In this document: positions 1-12,800 of the stretch, in pieces
How positions within the stretch are numbered: position 1 is the stretch's first letter
Layout of the letters: each line of letters begins with the position of its first letter
Assembly (NCBI GenBank): GCA_013265495.1
Contig: MU058781.1
Span: 7,669,009 to 7,733,008, forward strand
Direction: 5' to 3'
Length of the DNA: 64,000 bases
From: Vicugna vicugna
Lineage: Eukaryota
Made by a program: the position numbers and the translations under genes
The notes under the pieces: model-generated
Told to the model about the DNA's origin: nothing
Database searches by the model: none
The model's input: only the letters and a program-made list of their open reading frames with translations

Positions 1-3
1 GTT

Positions 4-60
4 TTATATCTATATCTGTATCTATCTATCTATCTATATATAGAGAGATATATATATCTG
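4..60. repeat. (TA)n/(TATC)n low-complexity microsatellite
   Basis: Direct: tatatctatatctgtatctatctatctatctatatatagagagatatatata. Confidence 0.85.
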
Positions 61-310
61 CCACAATTAAACAAAATTAAAGCCTCCCCAGCTGTTTTCA
101 GTACGGACGAATTTGAGAACCATGGACTTAGATCAAATGATATTCTCAAGTAATTCTTACCACACTTGACAGTTGAGTTTCTCTAGATGGAAACACAAAC
201 ATTTTTTTTTCTGTGTCCTCAGCTGCTAGTACTGAGCTTGCCACACAACATCAGTAATTCTGTCTGCTTTTTATTGACCCCAATTATTTGTCAGAAATTA
301 TGCTGTGACA

Positions 311-452
311 ATTGTTCTCAGTTTCGAGTCATCAGAATCACCTGATGACTTGACAGAACTCAGATTGCTGGACTCCACCTGCAGTGAGGCATTACATTTC
401 TAGTAAGTTTCCTAATGAGGCTGGACTGGGGACCACAGGCTGAGCACTGCTG
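311..452. mobile_element. MER5A-like hAT-Charlie DNA transposon relic
   Basis: Motifs catcagaatcacctg, cagattgctgg, catttctagtaagtttcc and ggggaccaca match the MER5 consensus as I recall it. Confidence 0.65.
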
Positions 453-454
453 TG

Positions 455-610
455 CCGAGCACTGTGCACATTATAACAGGATGTACAACAACCCATGGGG
501 CACGTAGCATAGTTAGGCTCAGAGACATTAAACGACTTGCCCAAAATCATGCATCACGAGGTGCTGGAGATGTATTAAATCCCAGGTCTTTAAGACTCCA
601 CAACCATGCC
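455..610 (-). mobile_element. MIR SINE fragment
   Basis: Reverse-orientation MIR core: aggctcagagacattaaacgacttgcccaaaatca...cccaggtctttaagactcca. Confidence 0.7.
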
Positions 611-1279
611 ATTTCATGATGGTCTGGATGACAGCCATTGAATGGACGAATTGTCTTAATAAACTCTTAGTAGACATCAATAGAAAGCTAGAATTTGGCT
701 AAAGTTTTTTTTTTTTCATCTTTTAAAAACAAAGTCAGTGGAAGGATGGTCTTTTATAGTTTCTCAGTTATGGTCCAAGGCAGTGTTTTGAAATGCCACC
801 ATTACCCATGTGCAATCACATGGCACTTGAATCTAGGCTCCAAAGTAGCGACATTACACTTGTTACCATGTTAGCTAACAGCACCCTTCTCCTCTCAGAT
901 TCCTTCTAGGCGTGCCCTTTCTTTGGGATAAGACGTATCCTCTCTCTTTTTCCATATATTTTTTCAATTTATTAATTTAACTTATCACCCCCAAATAGAT
1001 CATTTTCTTTGCCCATAGACTGACTTTTGTCTCACTTTGCTCTTTAATCCCTCATTGCTCCTTATAAGTAGATTTTTTAAACTTTTTTTTTTGCCAAAAG
1101 AGTTAAAACTTGATGTTATAAAAATACTCTTCAAAGAAGAACTTTCCTCTTAATTATATCCGCAGGAAAAGGAAAAAATAAAAGAGAAAAGAAAAACTAT
1201 ATGAACAGAAAGGAAGAAATAACAAATGAACTGAAATTCCCAGGTCTAATTAATGCTCCTGGTTTAAATGCTTTTAATT

Positions 1280-1505
1280 AATAATAGTGACAGCTACCAT
1301 TCACTGGCTGCATATTAAGTGTCGAACACTGTGCTAAGCAGCTGAGGAATGTAATGTTTTAGTCCTGATAAAAAAGTATCTGCAGTGGCTATTTTTAATC
1401 ACCATTTTCTAGATGTGGAAATAGGCATAGATAAAGTTAGGTAACTTGCTAAATGCATTTTGCCACTGAGTCTGGCTCCAGAAGTTCATGTTTTCACCCA
1501 CTGTA
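1280..1505 (-). mobile_element. MIR SINE
   Basis: ataatagtgacagctaccatt...ccattttctagatgtggaaa...gttaggtaacttgc...gtctggctccaga. Confidence 0.75.
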
Positions 1506-1724
1506 TTCTAGTCTTCTTTGCTAAGGAAAAAAGAAAGATATGAGGTGGTCTTGTATCACTCAGAGGGTCTTGCCGCTCAGGGAGGACTTGGCGGGGTTCC
1601 TTCCTACTTTTTGGAGCTTATTTCGGAATAGGAACTCCGGTACAGAAGGTCATTTCTGGTCCCTAAGGCCGTCTCTGTTGATAACTGAAGTACATGTAAG
1701 GAGGTCCTGTCATGTCTGGCTTGA

Positions 1725-1960
1725 GAGAAAGGTCTTCAGAATCAGACTGCCTCCGTTTGGATTGTAACTCTACCATGTCTGTGTAACACTGAACAAGACA
1801 CATAATCTCTCTGTGCTTCAGTTTCCATAGTGGTGCAATGGAATAAAACTTGTACCTAACTCACAGAAATGCGAGGATTAAGTGATGGAAACCACGTAGA
1901 GCTCTCTGAATAGCACCCGGAACATTAAACACTCTACAAGTAGCTACTATTATCATTAGC
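1725..1960 (+). mobile_element. MIR SINE
   Basis: agaatcagactgcc...aatctctctgtgcttcagtttcc...gtacctaactcacag...gaggattaagtga...tagctactattatc. Confidence 0.8.
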
Positions 1961-2406
1961 AGTTTTTAAATATTGGCCCTGTTTTATGATTATCGTCTAT
2001 TTTTATAGTAAGATTTGGAGTGCTTTTATCAATTTCTAGATTGTGTTTTTCCATCTACCATCATGCTGTAAAATGATACCAGTAATGCTATCTGTTAGAT
2101 GGCAAGGCAGAAGATGAGAGAAGATGAGCCCTTTTTCCCATTTATTTTTCTGTAGCAGTCACATCTTAATTCTCCTGGGGCTACAGTTGTGAAAGAACAA
2201 CTGAGGTTATCCGCACCACCAAAACTGATCCTGCAATTTCACGCAGAGTGGTTTCACATAAGAAAAAATGTTTTCCTAAAATATGTGCATAAGCTATTGT
2301 AATATTTGTGGTTGCAAAATGAAAGCTATTCCTTCCTTTTGCTACACCCTTCAATATTTGCTCAGGTGCAATTTGGTTTCCACATGAACTGATCTGGAAA
2401 ACTTAC

Positions 2407-2468
2407 CAGGGAGTTACAGAACAGTTGTCATTCCGGCCTCTAGTAACTTCTCAAACAAAACCATATTC
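2407..2468 (-). other. Candidate 62-nt exon of an unidentified minus-strand transcript
   Basis: Minus strand: acceptor gtgtaaccatttttcag|GAAT and consensus donor CTG|gtaagt (plus-strand acttac at 2401-2406). All three frames contain a stop. Confidence 0.45.
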
Positions 2469-2836
2469 CTGAAAAATGGTTACACAAAGTACCTCTAATA
2501 AACCTCCCTGTGTGTTTGTGCCTTATTATAAACCCCATCGGCGGTCTGCCGTTAAGCATGAGCACAGTTTTAATCAAGCGGTAAAGCACTCAGAGTATAA
2601 AGGTCACGAAGCTGAAGCTGCAGTGCCCTGTCTTGTCCCCCTGGTGAAGGAGCTTGGCTGGAGAGTTCACTGCAGTTGCCCCAAAGTTCTGTTCCCTGTG
2701 CGCCTGACTGCACTTCCCAAGCGACAGCAGAGAACACACTTGAAGGAGATACTGCTGGTTCAATTGTACCAGGGTCCTTAATTCCAGATGGACAGGTTTT
2801 TTCTGGATGAAGGACACGTTTAGAAAGTCTACGTAC

Positions 2837-2862
2837 CAAAGATATCTTTCTTCAAGGGCCAT
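2837..2862 (-). other. Candidate 26-nt microexon, or the 5' end of a longer exon running to 2407
   Basis: Minus strand: pyrimidine-rich acceptor cttatcccttattatcttattactcag|ATGGCCCTTGAAGAAAGATATCTTTG|gtacgt. Confidence 0.4.
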
Positions 2863-5800
2863 CTGAGTAATAAGATAATAAGGGATAAGATAAAGGTCAG
2901 TTAACACCAGAAGTCTATTTTACATCTGCAAAATTCTTAACGAAGAAACAGAAGTAAATTCCACAACAGAGCTTGGAGTTCACGCCATTTCAGCTCGGGG
3001 TCTCTGGCATCAGATCCCTCTTGGATGCATGAGCGTTAGCAACTCCTCTACAAAGACAGTGGCATCTGAACTTGAAGCAGTCCGCTGGCAATTTTATGTC
3101 TATCTGTTTGCTGATTTATTCCTAAATCAACCACATTCATTCTCTCAAACTAGTTGGCAATGTTTCACTGACTTTCTACAAGCCTATACATAATAACACG
3201 CACAGGAATAAAGGAATGTAACCTAAATGTGCCCTTTCACTGGCTTTAAACTGGGATCTGACTAACAGGTGAAGCAAAATCATTTTTCAAAAATAAAATA
3301 ATATGCATTTGAAAATGTGTTCATTTCCAACATATGAGATAATTACATCCTCATCTCTATATCTATCTGTGTGTATGTATGTGCACGTTTACGTATATTT
3401 CTATAGTATTTATCTCCACACTGTGACCCCAAATAAGTATTTAGACAGAGTTTACTGTTCGCAGGTCAATGAGACATTTTAAGCAGTCTGCAAGTTCAAA
3501 AGACAGTACAGGACTCTGCAAATTTGGATAGTTTTCCAAGTATAATCATAAGTCATCACCGATCTAGAACTGATGGTGATGTTACTTTGAGGTCATGTGT
3601 AAATGACGAGCTTAGGGAGACAAATTAAGACAGGAAAACAAAGAGCTAGGGGAGGCTGGATGCTACACATTATTTTATCAGCACATTTCTAGTATGACTG
3701 GGTATCTTGATCCAAATGCTTGGTATTATGCTGACTCCTATAGGGAAAATATAGATGAAACTAGCTTTTGATCCAGTATCTTAAACTGATATCTAAGTCA
3801 AAACAATTTAGAACAGATCCCACTAATTACTACTATTTGTGTCTTATCTTGGCCATTAGGACGTGCTTCCCGGCAGAGCCTGGTTTCTCCATCGCCATCA
3901 TGCTCAATGCTACGTCTTGTCTGGCAGGACCCCTGGGAACCAGTGTTCTACGTCACTGCCTCACCCAAGTCTTTCTCCCTTTCCCAGAGCTTAATGAATC
4001 TCATTATCTTCTACTTTCCTCTTCTATTTCATTTCCATAAATTTTTCAAGTTGTCTAGACTCATGAGTATCTCCTTCATTTTCTTTTCCTCTCTGTGATT
4101 TATGCGTTGTTCACAGCACAAAAATCATTCCATGGGTACCCACCCCCACCTCTCTCCCAACCTTACAAAAAGCACACAGCTACATTGTGTGCATTTTTAA
4201 ATGTGGCCTGAGATTACTACTACTTTTTGCCAGTGACCTGACCTAATAATAATGCTTTTTAAATGTTAACAGTGAAGATTTTTTTCTCAACAATTTTTAA
4301 GTAATGCCACCAAATTGAAGCACTTTTGTTTTTATAGCTGGAAGGGGCCTGAGTGACTATTTAGTCCCATGCTTTCATTTACTAGAAGTGGCACCTGAAG
4401 TCCAGGGAGGCAAAGTATCTTATCTCTGTGGGACAGCAGCCAACCCCCAGACAGGCTCCTCCCACTGCCCTCTGAGCCTGGCTGCCAGTCCAGAAAGACC
4501 TCTGTGCTGGATCGCTAGGGAGGAAGATTAAACATTCCACATTCTTGTCCACGTTCAATCACTATATGGTGACAACTATGAGGAAATCACTCAACTGTCC
4601 AGGTCTCAGTCTTTGCATTTGAAAAAATGTATAATCCTTCATTTCTTATCAGTCCATTTACAAAGAGAAATACACAGACACACATACACCACACACAAAG
4701 AGGTCCTTTCAAAACAAGCAGAACTTCTGAAAGCATCACTTTGAAAATGAATTTCCCCTCAACCAGCAATAGCATGATCAAGAGAGGAAATAAACTGTCT
4801 TCAGTCTTTAAAGCATCAAGAAGACTATATCTTATCCACCAAGAGCATCATTTAATTACCTACAGTGATACCAGCTCAATGGACCACCTATCCCAATTAA
4901 GCAGCAGTGCATGCTAATTATCATTAGACGTAATTGGTTTCCCAATTCAGCAACTCCCCCGGATCAAGTCTGCCCCAGTTAAGTGGCATTTATTGAACTA
5001 CCTGAATCTTGCTTAAAAGAAACAGAAGAAAATTTCTCATCTCAAGTTCAGGAAATATAACCTAGTCTCACCAAGTCACACTAGCCAGTTTCTAATTAAT
5101 CTTACAAAGCATATGCTCAGGTTGCGTCCAGGAAGCGTATCTTCTCCAATTAGACTGAGTATTTTATTAAAATCAAGTACAATTAAGCAAAACACTTCAA
5201 ATAATCAGTAAATATGTGACAATTAACAAATATTTACTAACATTTCCTTCCCCTTTTCTTCTAGTATTTTTGACCAAGATACTATGATCATTTCATCCTT
5301 TCAGGTTTTCCATCTTCGAAATATACTTTGGTAATAACACATATTCTAAAGAGTAGATAAGCACAAAGAAAGGCGAAATTATGCTCTTGGGCTCTGCCTT
5401 CCCACAGAAACTTGTGTGCATGATAGTCCCTTTGCTTTAGTTATATGAGATGAATGTAAAACCTGGTACTTGAGAACAGCTCAGGACTAGGGAGATCTTG
5501 GCTGAACGGGACTCATAATCTGCACAGGTTTTGGGAGGTCAGGGCTGAGTATAGACTGAAAGGAGGTCTATACTCACAAGCACACATGTGCTGCTATGGT
5601 AAGTGCGACTCTGGAGCAACTGTTCCAAGTCTGCTTAGTGACAGCTCAGACAGGCTCTTGGGACCAAAGAAGACAGATACACATCTTTGAGTCCTTCCCT
5701 GAGGAAGACTAGAATTCCCACCTTACTCTTCCTGCCAAAGTGAGATCACAGCAGCAAAGAGAAGACATGACTCCAAGATTCCCACTTTCTTCAGCTCCCC

Positions 5801-6289
5801 CGAGAGAGTGATGGGACAAGAGGGGAGGTGGGAAGAGCCAGCAGGATCAGGTTGTGTCTGGGTCCCCATTTCTGTAACTGCTCACTTTGTCTCTAGGAAA
5901 GGGCCTGGAGGTCAGAGTGGTCTCAGTGAAGGTGGAGGTGGTGATGAGAGCAGAGGCTCTCCCTGGTAGCACGTCATGTGTGGCGCCAACAGAGGGATCA
6001 CCCAGCAGAGTGAGGGGGCAGGCTGTCCACTGGTCAAGGCATTGTCTGTGGTAAGCACACTGGGCAGGTGAGGATTTGAGATCGACAGTGAAACAGTAAA
6101 AAGACCAATGGGGCCTTCAGTGGGAGGAAAGGAAGGGTGACGATGACAGCACAGACAAGGCCACGCGCGGAGAGCTACCAGGGATGCAGCACTTTAACAC
6201 CTTCCTTGACCAGTGTAGTCCCGTCTCAGATGGCCCAGAAAAGATCCATTAAGGAGTTCAAGGCTAATTAACAAGAATGATCTTTGACA

Positions 6290-7688
6290 ACGATTAATCT
6301 TGGACAAAGGATGCAAGAATATACAATGGAGTAAAGACAGTCTCTTCAGCAAGTGATGCTCGGAAAATTGAGCAGCTGCATGTAAATCAATGAGGTTAGA
6401 CCACTCCCTCACACCACACATAAAAATAAACTCAAAATGGCTTAAAGATTTAAACATAAGACGAGACATGATAAACCTCCTAGAAGAAAACACAGGCAAA
6501 ACATTCTCTGACATAAATCTTAGCAATGTTCTCCCAGAGCAGTCTACACAGGCAGTGGGAATAAAAGCAAAAATAAACAAATGGGACCTAATTAAATGTA
6601 TAAGCTTTTGCACAGCAAAGGAAACTATAAGCAAAACAAAAAGACAACCTATGGAATGGGAGAAAATATTTGCAAATGATACGACTGACAAAGGTTTAAT
6701 TTCTAGAATATATAAGTAGCTCATACAACTTAATAACAACAACAAAAAAAAAACCCAATCCAAAAATGGGCATAAGAGCTAAACAAGCAATTCTCCAATG
6801 AAGACATACAACAGGCCAATAGCAATAGAAAAAAAAATGCTCAGTATCACTAATTATCAGAGAAATGCAAACCAAAACTACAATGAGGTATCACTTCACA
6901 TCAGTCAGAATGGCCATCACTAAAGTCCACAAACGATAAATGCTGGAGAGGGTGTGGAGAAAAGGGAACCCCCCTACACTGCTGGTGGGAATGTGGTTTG
7001 GTGCAGCCACTGTGGAAAACAGTATGGAGATTCCTCAAAACACTAAAAACAGACCTATCATATGATCCAGCAATCCCACTCCTGGGCATATATCCAGAAG
7101 GAACTCTTAATTTGAAAAGATACATGCACCCCAATGTTCATAGTAGCATTATATACAATAGCCAAGACATGGAAACCTAAATGTCCACTGACAGATGATA
7201 AAGAAGTTGTGGTATATTTATACAATGGAATACTACTCAGACATAAAAAATAAAATAATGCCATTTGCAGCAACATGGATGGACCTGGAAATTGTCATCC
7301 TAAGTGAAGTAAGCCAGAAAGAGAAAATACCGTATGATATCACTCATATGTGGAATCTGAAAAAAAAAGAAAAAAGAGGACACTCATGAACTCATCTACA
7401 AAACAGAAACAGACTTGCAGACATAGTAAACAATTTTATGGCTACCAGGGGAAAGAGGGGTGGGAACTGATAAATTTGGGAGTTTGAGATTTGCAAAAGT
7501 TAACCACTATATATAAAAATAGATAAAAACCAAATGTCTTCTGTATAGCATAGGGAACTATATTTAATATCTTGTAATAATCTTTAATGAAAACATATAT
7601 GCATATATATGCATGCCTGGGACATTAGGCTGCACACCAGAAACTGACACATTGTAACTGACTATACTTCAATTTAAAAAAAAAAAAA
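6290..7688 (+). mobile_element. 5'-truncated LINE-1 (ORF2 C-terminal remnant, 3' UTR, poly-A)
   Basis: ORF track peptides LTPHIKINSKWLKDLN...[24 protein letters not shown]...[12 protein letters not shown] and IMPFAATWMDLE are L1 ORF2p. In-frame TGA at 6354-6356, frameshifts, and an A-tail ending at 7688. Confidence 0.97.
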
Positions 7689-8562
7689 GGAGAATAACTT
7701 TATAAAGTTGGGGATTGTCTGGAAAGTACATTTTCAGAATCAAGGAAAGGAGAGACATGCCTCAGAAATTGCCATTTTGGGGGCATTCTAATGATACTGC
7801 ATCAAAGGGGTTTCTTATGCCACCAATAGAGGAAAGCAACTGTAATGGCATCATGATAATAATAGAGAATAAAATTGTCACGTTGACCTCAGTTCCTTTG
7901 GAGTGGCTTAAAATACTTAAACTTGGGCTCGGGGGTCCAGAAAGAAGACAAAACTGTATGACAAGATGCTTCACCCCTTCTCAGGAAACCAGCACACATT
8001 CAGATGACATGGGTTGACAGAGCCTGTTACACAGTCGAGTCCTTTATCGGCCACCCAACACACAGAGGCTAACCTAAACCTCTAGGCTGCTACTTCACTA
8101 ATTAAAATCAATGTTCCCAGTGAAGTATGAAGTTACCTCAGATACGGTTCTGTAGGTCTGCTCATAACTGAATTAAACTAGTCTGGCCTGAAGCGAAACT
8201 GTGAAGTAGAATTCCTGAAGGCGGAGCTGGAAGGAATCTTGAGAGCGCAGATTCCCCAGCACTCGTTTTGCATTTAAGGAAACACTTTACTCAGAACGGA
8301 GCCTCCCTGTTAGCATCTAGTGCTCCTTCTGTCCCTCGGCTGGAAACCGCTCAGGAACCTGCACTAAAACTCTGGTCCCTCCCTTCTTACTAAAGTTGGG
8401 AAAGATCTGGAACCAGTGAGTCACTGCTGTGCTTTCTGACAGCCTCGCCTCCGGCGCTGGTACAGCCAGACTGCAGGAGGTCCTGGGTCTCTGACAGGCT
8501 CTCGCTGCTCTGGTTACTTCCCTGAGGAAACGAAGGTGGGGCAGGCTGTTCATTCCCGGACG

Positions 8563-8576
8563 CCATCAGGTGGCGG
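8563..8576 (+). promoter_or_regulatory. Candidate CTCF site
   Basis: CCATCAGGTGGCGG matches the core CCASYAGRKGGCRS with one mismatch, in a locally CpG-richer patch (8440-8610). Confidence 0.45.
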
Positions 8577-9039
8577 CGGGGAGCAGAGGACTCACAGGGC
8601 GCCCCAGTTCTTGGGGAGCCATTCCACTGCTTGTCAGGGAATATATGATTAAAGTCCCACTGTTTGTAAGATGAGTGGGGAAAAAAAGCCTCTGAACATT
8701 GATGCTTGTTCTTAAACTAGTTAATTAACAACAGAAGATTAAAAGCTATAAAGATCTGTCAAAAAGCAGTACTAATTACAGTTATTTATGTGGACTACTA
8801 AACTATTGGCCTAGGATGTCATGGAACAACACGTATCATTAAATATGTGTCAGATTAACTTTGTTGTAAGTTGTATTTCATTCATTTTCTGTCATCAGCA
8901 ATTATCGAACACCTGCTATGCACAAGATTACTATTTTTTTCTTTCTTTTTCCACTGATCTCCAACTTTCCCCTTTTGGTGTTTCCCTGTCTTTCACCTTG
9001 TCCCTGCTCACTGTGAGACAGTCCTGTTATAACCAACTT

Positions 9040-9620
9040 TATTAGCTGTCTACCAGAGCTATGCCCCACTTTTGCTAAAGAAACCAAATTTTGTTCAGAT
9101 ACCTACATTTTTTTTCCATGCAGCTTGTCCTTGAGGAAAAGACAGCTCTGGAGCCAATAAATTTTGACTTGTCTAAATCAACTGTGGTAATTTCATTTCC
9201 TATTATCAATGATCTGTTTAGAAAGGGCGCATATGACCCAGCTCTGGCTAATGAAATATGAGTGTAAGACTGCTGGGAGAGCTTTCGAGAAGTGTTTCTT
9301 GGCTCTTAGAAAGTATGTAGGAAAAATATGAGTTTTGTTTTGTTTTTTTAAACCACATTTTGACTTGGGACATTGAATGGGATGTCTGGAGCTGTTGCAG
9401 CCATCTCAAGACCATGTGGAGACTTGGCACATCCACTGAGAAAAGCAGGGGAGAGATGGAGAGAAGCTGTGTCCTCTGACATTTTTGAGCTACTGAATTA
9501 CCTGGCGCTAGGGCCACCCTACCTGAGGTCACATGTTGTATGACACAATACAATCTTCTTATTATTTAAGCCACTGTGGGTTAGATTTCCTGTTCTTGTT
9601 GCTAAGTGCACTTCCTGATA
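9040..9620 (+). mobile_element. MLT1 (I/J/K-type) ERVL-MaLR LTR
   Basis: gcatatgacccagctctggctaatgaaat, gatgtctggagctgttgcagccatct, and 3' end ttatttaagccactgtgggttagatttcctgtt. Confidence 0.75.
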
Positions 9621-9821
9621 GAGGAGTGAATGGGCTAAGTGAAAAGATTTGGGAGTCGGGCAAACGGGGTTTCAGGGCTTGCTCTGCTCCGTCACTTACC
9701 AGCTTTTCAACTCTCTTGTTTTTAATCAGTGAAACATAAAACATACAATATTGTGCTGCATGCACAGTATTTGCTTAAGGAAAGTCTGTTAATAATTAGT
9801 GCTTCTGGGTAATATTAAAAA

Positions 9822-9877
9822 TTAACAAATTTGAAAAAAGATATTTAGGTTTAACAAATTTGAAAAAAGATATTTAG
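9822..9877. repeat. Perfect 27-bp tandem duplication (period 29)
   Basis: ttaacaaatttgaaaaaagatatttag at 9822-9848 and at 9851-9877. Confidence 0.95.
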
Positions 9878-12800
9878 AAGAAACCTCAGGAACAGTATCA
9901 AGAGGTATCAAGCATGCAGCTCTGATCTGGGTGACTTTTTAAAATTCCAAATCCACCTTCTCACAGCACTGAGTCAAAACTGCTTCAAAACTATGCCAGA
10001 ATTCTGAATGTGTTTAGGTCTGAAAACACAGAAAAATAGTGACTGAGATTTTTATTGAGCATCTTTTAACATGTTGCTACGTCCTTCAGGTTATGCACAA
10101 AACAAACGGCACTTCAACAAAAGTGAACCTAGAGAAAACAAAGTTTATAGAACTATAATTAAAAACTTATTTCAATCATGTTTAGTGGCCTAAATTAATT
10201 TCAAAATTCAAAAAGATCTTATTGTCAAATTGCGAATTTCCTTGCCATCAAAGGTATTTGTTAGTATATAAAAGTGTGTGTGTGTTACGTAGCATTACTC
10301 ATCTCCTCCCTTGATACTAAAAATTAAGTAAGACAAATTGTATATCGGACAAAATAAAAACCAGACAAAATAAAAAGAAGAGACACACATTAAAATATTT
10401 ACCATAGCTAATCTAAACCTTAGGCTACCCTTCTAGTCTTTAAATTATTATATTCTCTAAGTATCTTAATTTCTCAGAGAATATATTTAAATGTTAGATC
10501 TTTTTTAAATGGAATATTCAGACTTCAGAAAACAGTACTTGGAGATGATTTTATATGAATTCCATTCCATGCAAATTCCTAACATACTGATTCCCAAAGA
10601 GATGTGATAAAGCTTTTCAGAATATTGCTCACGAGAAGCAGGAGTGGAGAAACCGAGTTATGCTACACTCAACAGAGCCATCTTTGCTGCCGTCCGTTGT
10701 CTGTAAGTTTTCTGCCAGTACAGTGTGACTTCACATACTAATGCCTGAGGGCAAAGGTTTATGTTTTTTCCAGTCTGGGAATACACAGAGTTGACGCTGA
10801 CACCGTTTCTCCTTATTTTTACTTCTTCAAACTTTTCCCTTAAAAAATGCTTTCAGCAGTAGACTTATTTTCAAGGATGCAATGTGACTGAAAGTGACTT
10901 GAGGCCAAATATTTAGCCCAGGGGTAGCAGAGGAAGCAAGCAAACTGTAAGGACAAATTAGGGTGGGTAAATATCTTAGCAGTATAACTGATAACTAGGC
11001 CAGCATGCTTATCCCACAATCAGGAAGAGGAAAGGAACAGCTACAGGAAAGGGGATTCGTTCAGCAAATACTGAGTGAATGACTATGTGCCAGGCAGTAG
11101 GATGGGTGTTGGGGACACGTGTGTTCTCCAGAGCTCTCAGTATGGTTTACTGTTTGACAGGTCATACCACACACACACGTGGCTGGTGTTAATTTCCGAG
11201 GTAAAGAATTAAACGTGAAAATAATGATTACAATTCAAAGTTGTTTAAAATATTTATATTGGTTATATCCCAAGGGGAACTTTCTATTTTGATGCTTATT
11301 GTCTTATTTTGAATGAAAATTTTATTGTTAAAAGAGAATCCCTACAAACAGCTGCTGAAAAAGAATCCGGTTCTGGGATGTTCCAGAGATCTCGGGCTGA
11401 GGGACGTTCTGGGCTGATTTACAAAGTGGCAAAAGGATTTTCTCTCCCACACCTAGTGGAGCTCAGCAAACAGCAGCTCACAGGTGTCACCCAAGTCTGG
11501 CTAAGGCCGGCCCCAGTGAGTGGAGCCAGAATCGGGCTCAACTGTTCCGCTGTTCTGGAAGGGCCTGACTCCTATTTAGATGCTGAAATGGATGGAGAGT
11601 TGTAAGAGGGAGTGTTACATACTCTCAGCCACCCACGTACACGCACTCAGGCCCAAGCCCACGGGAGGCAGCATTAAGACACGTTCCACCTTGCCCTGCC
11701 AGTCACAAGGAAAAGGAAAAAAAAAAAAAAACTAAAACCCTGCATTTCAGAACCCCAAGGGCTTGCTGATTTGTTAGGTCGAGTGGCTCAAAGGATTAAA
11801 AAGACAGAAATATTAGGAAGAAAAAGGAAAGAGCCAGCCTACCCACTGAAGCAAATCTAATGGGCTGCTGGGGCAGGGAGGAAAAGGGTCTACTACCTGA
11901 GCAAATCTTATTTATTCTTCTTGCTTCACAATTAAAATTTTTTTAAAAAACTAATAATAATTTCTGAGACATTTTTCTTTCTTTCTTTCTTTTTTTTGCT
12001 ATGCTAGTCACATTTCCCAAATCCTTTATCAACGCTGCTCTGCATATGAATGGGCTGTAATTGAACTGTCACATTCATGAAGGTCAGTAACCTTTCATTA
12101 GGAAGAATGTGTCTTTCTTGATAAATTATAAAGTCCCTGAGGATTTGAAAGCATATTCAAAAAAAAAATTCTACTATACCTTGAAAAACAAAATACAGAT
12201 TTTTTTCTTCGTTATTTTGTGGAGAGTGGGGGAGGAGAGAGTGATCGCTTGTGTTTCTGTTTCATTTGCTTTATGTGGTTGTCTATTTTTTCCCCTTTTT
12301 TTGAGCAAAGGGTGGGGAATCCTCTCCACACCCCACCAACTCTGGCTTGTTTTTTGTGTTTTTGTTTTGTTTTGTTTTGTCAACAGCACTGTGCAGAACT
12401 GTCTAACTTAATTTATTCCTGAGTCCTTCTTAAAAGCAAAATGGAAAACTTGAACTCCCTCCCTAAAGAAATTATAGCTATTCTCTCTGCTGTTCAAAAA
12501 AAAAAAAGGAATTATGGGTGTTTATCTTTCTCCTTACTGTACCCTGCAGCATTGGCTGTGGTAAGGAGCAAAGTCATTATGTTCAAATGAAGACCCACCT
12601 GAGTCAGGCATCTTCTGCTAATCCTACCCAATGGTTTGAACAGTAATTAGCACAGACAAGCGCTCAGCCATCCCACCTTTGTGTTCAAGATAGCTGACCG
12701 CAGAGTGTTTCAAGTCCTGCCAGGGTGTCTGCTTCTGCTTCCGTGTAATCTGACTTGAGACTGCTTTGGAGATGTTCAACCACAGCTTCAGACTTACTCA

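Noticed and set aside
3554..3581. Short imperfect hairpin catcacc...ggtgatg
   Set aside because: A 7-bp stem with a bulged extension is within chance expectation; not a miRNA-sized hairpin.
6194..6763. 189-aa hydrophobic minus-strand ORF
   Set aside because: Antisense shadow of L1 ORF2, a well-known artefact.
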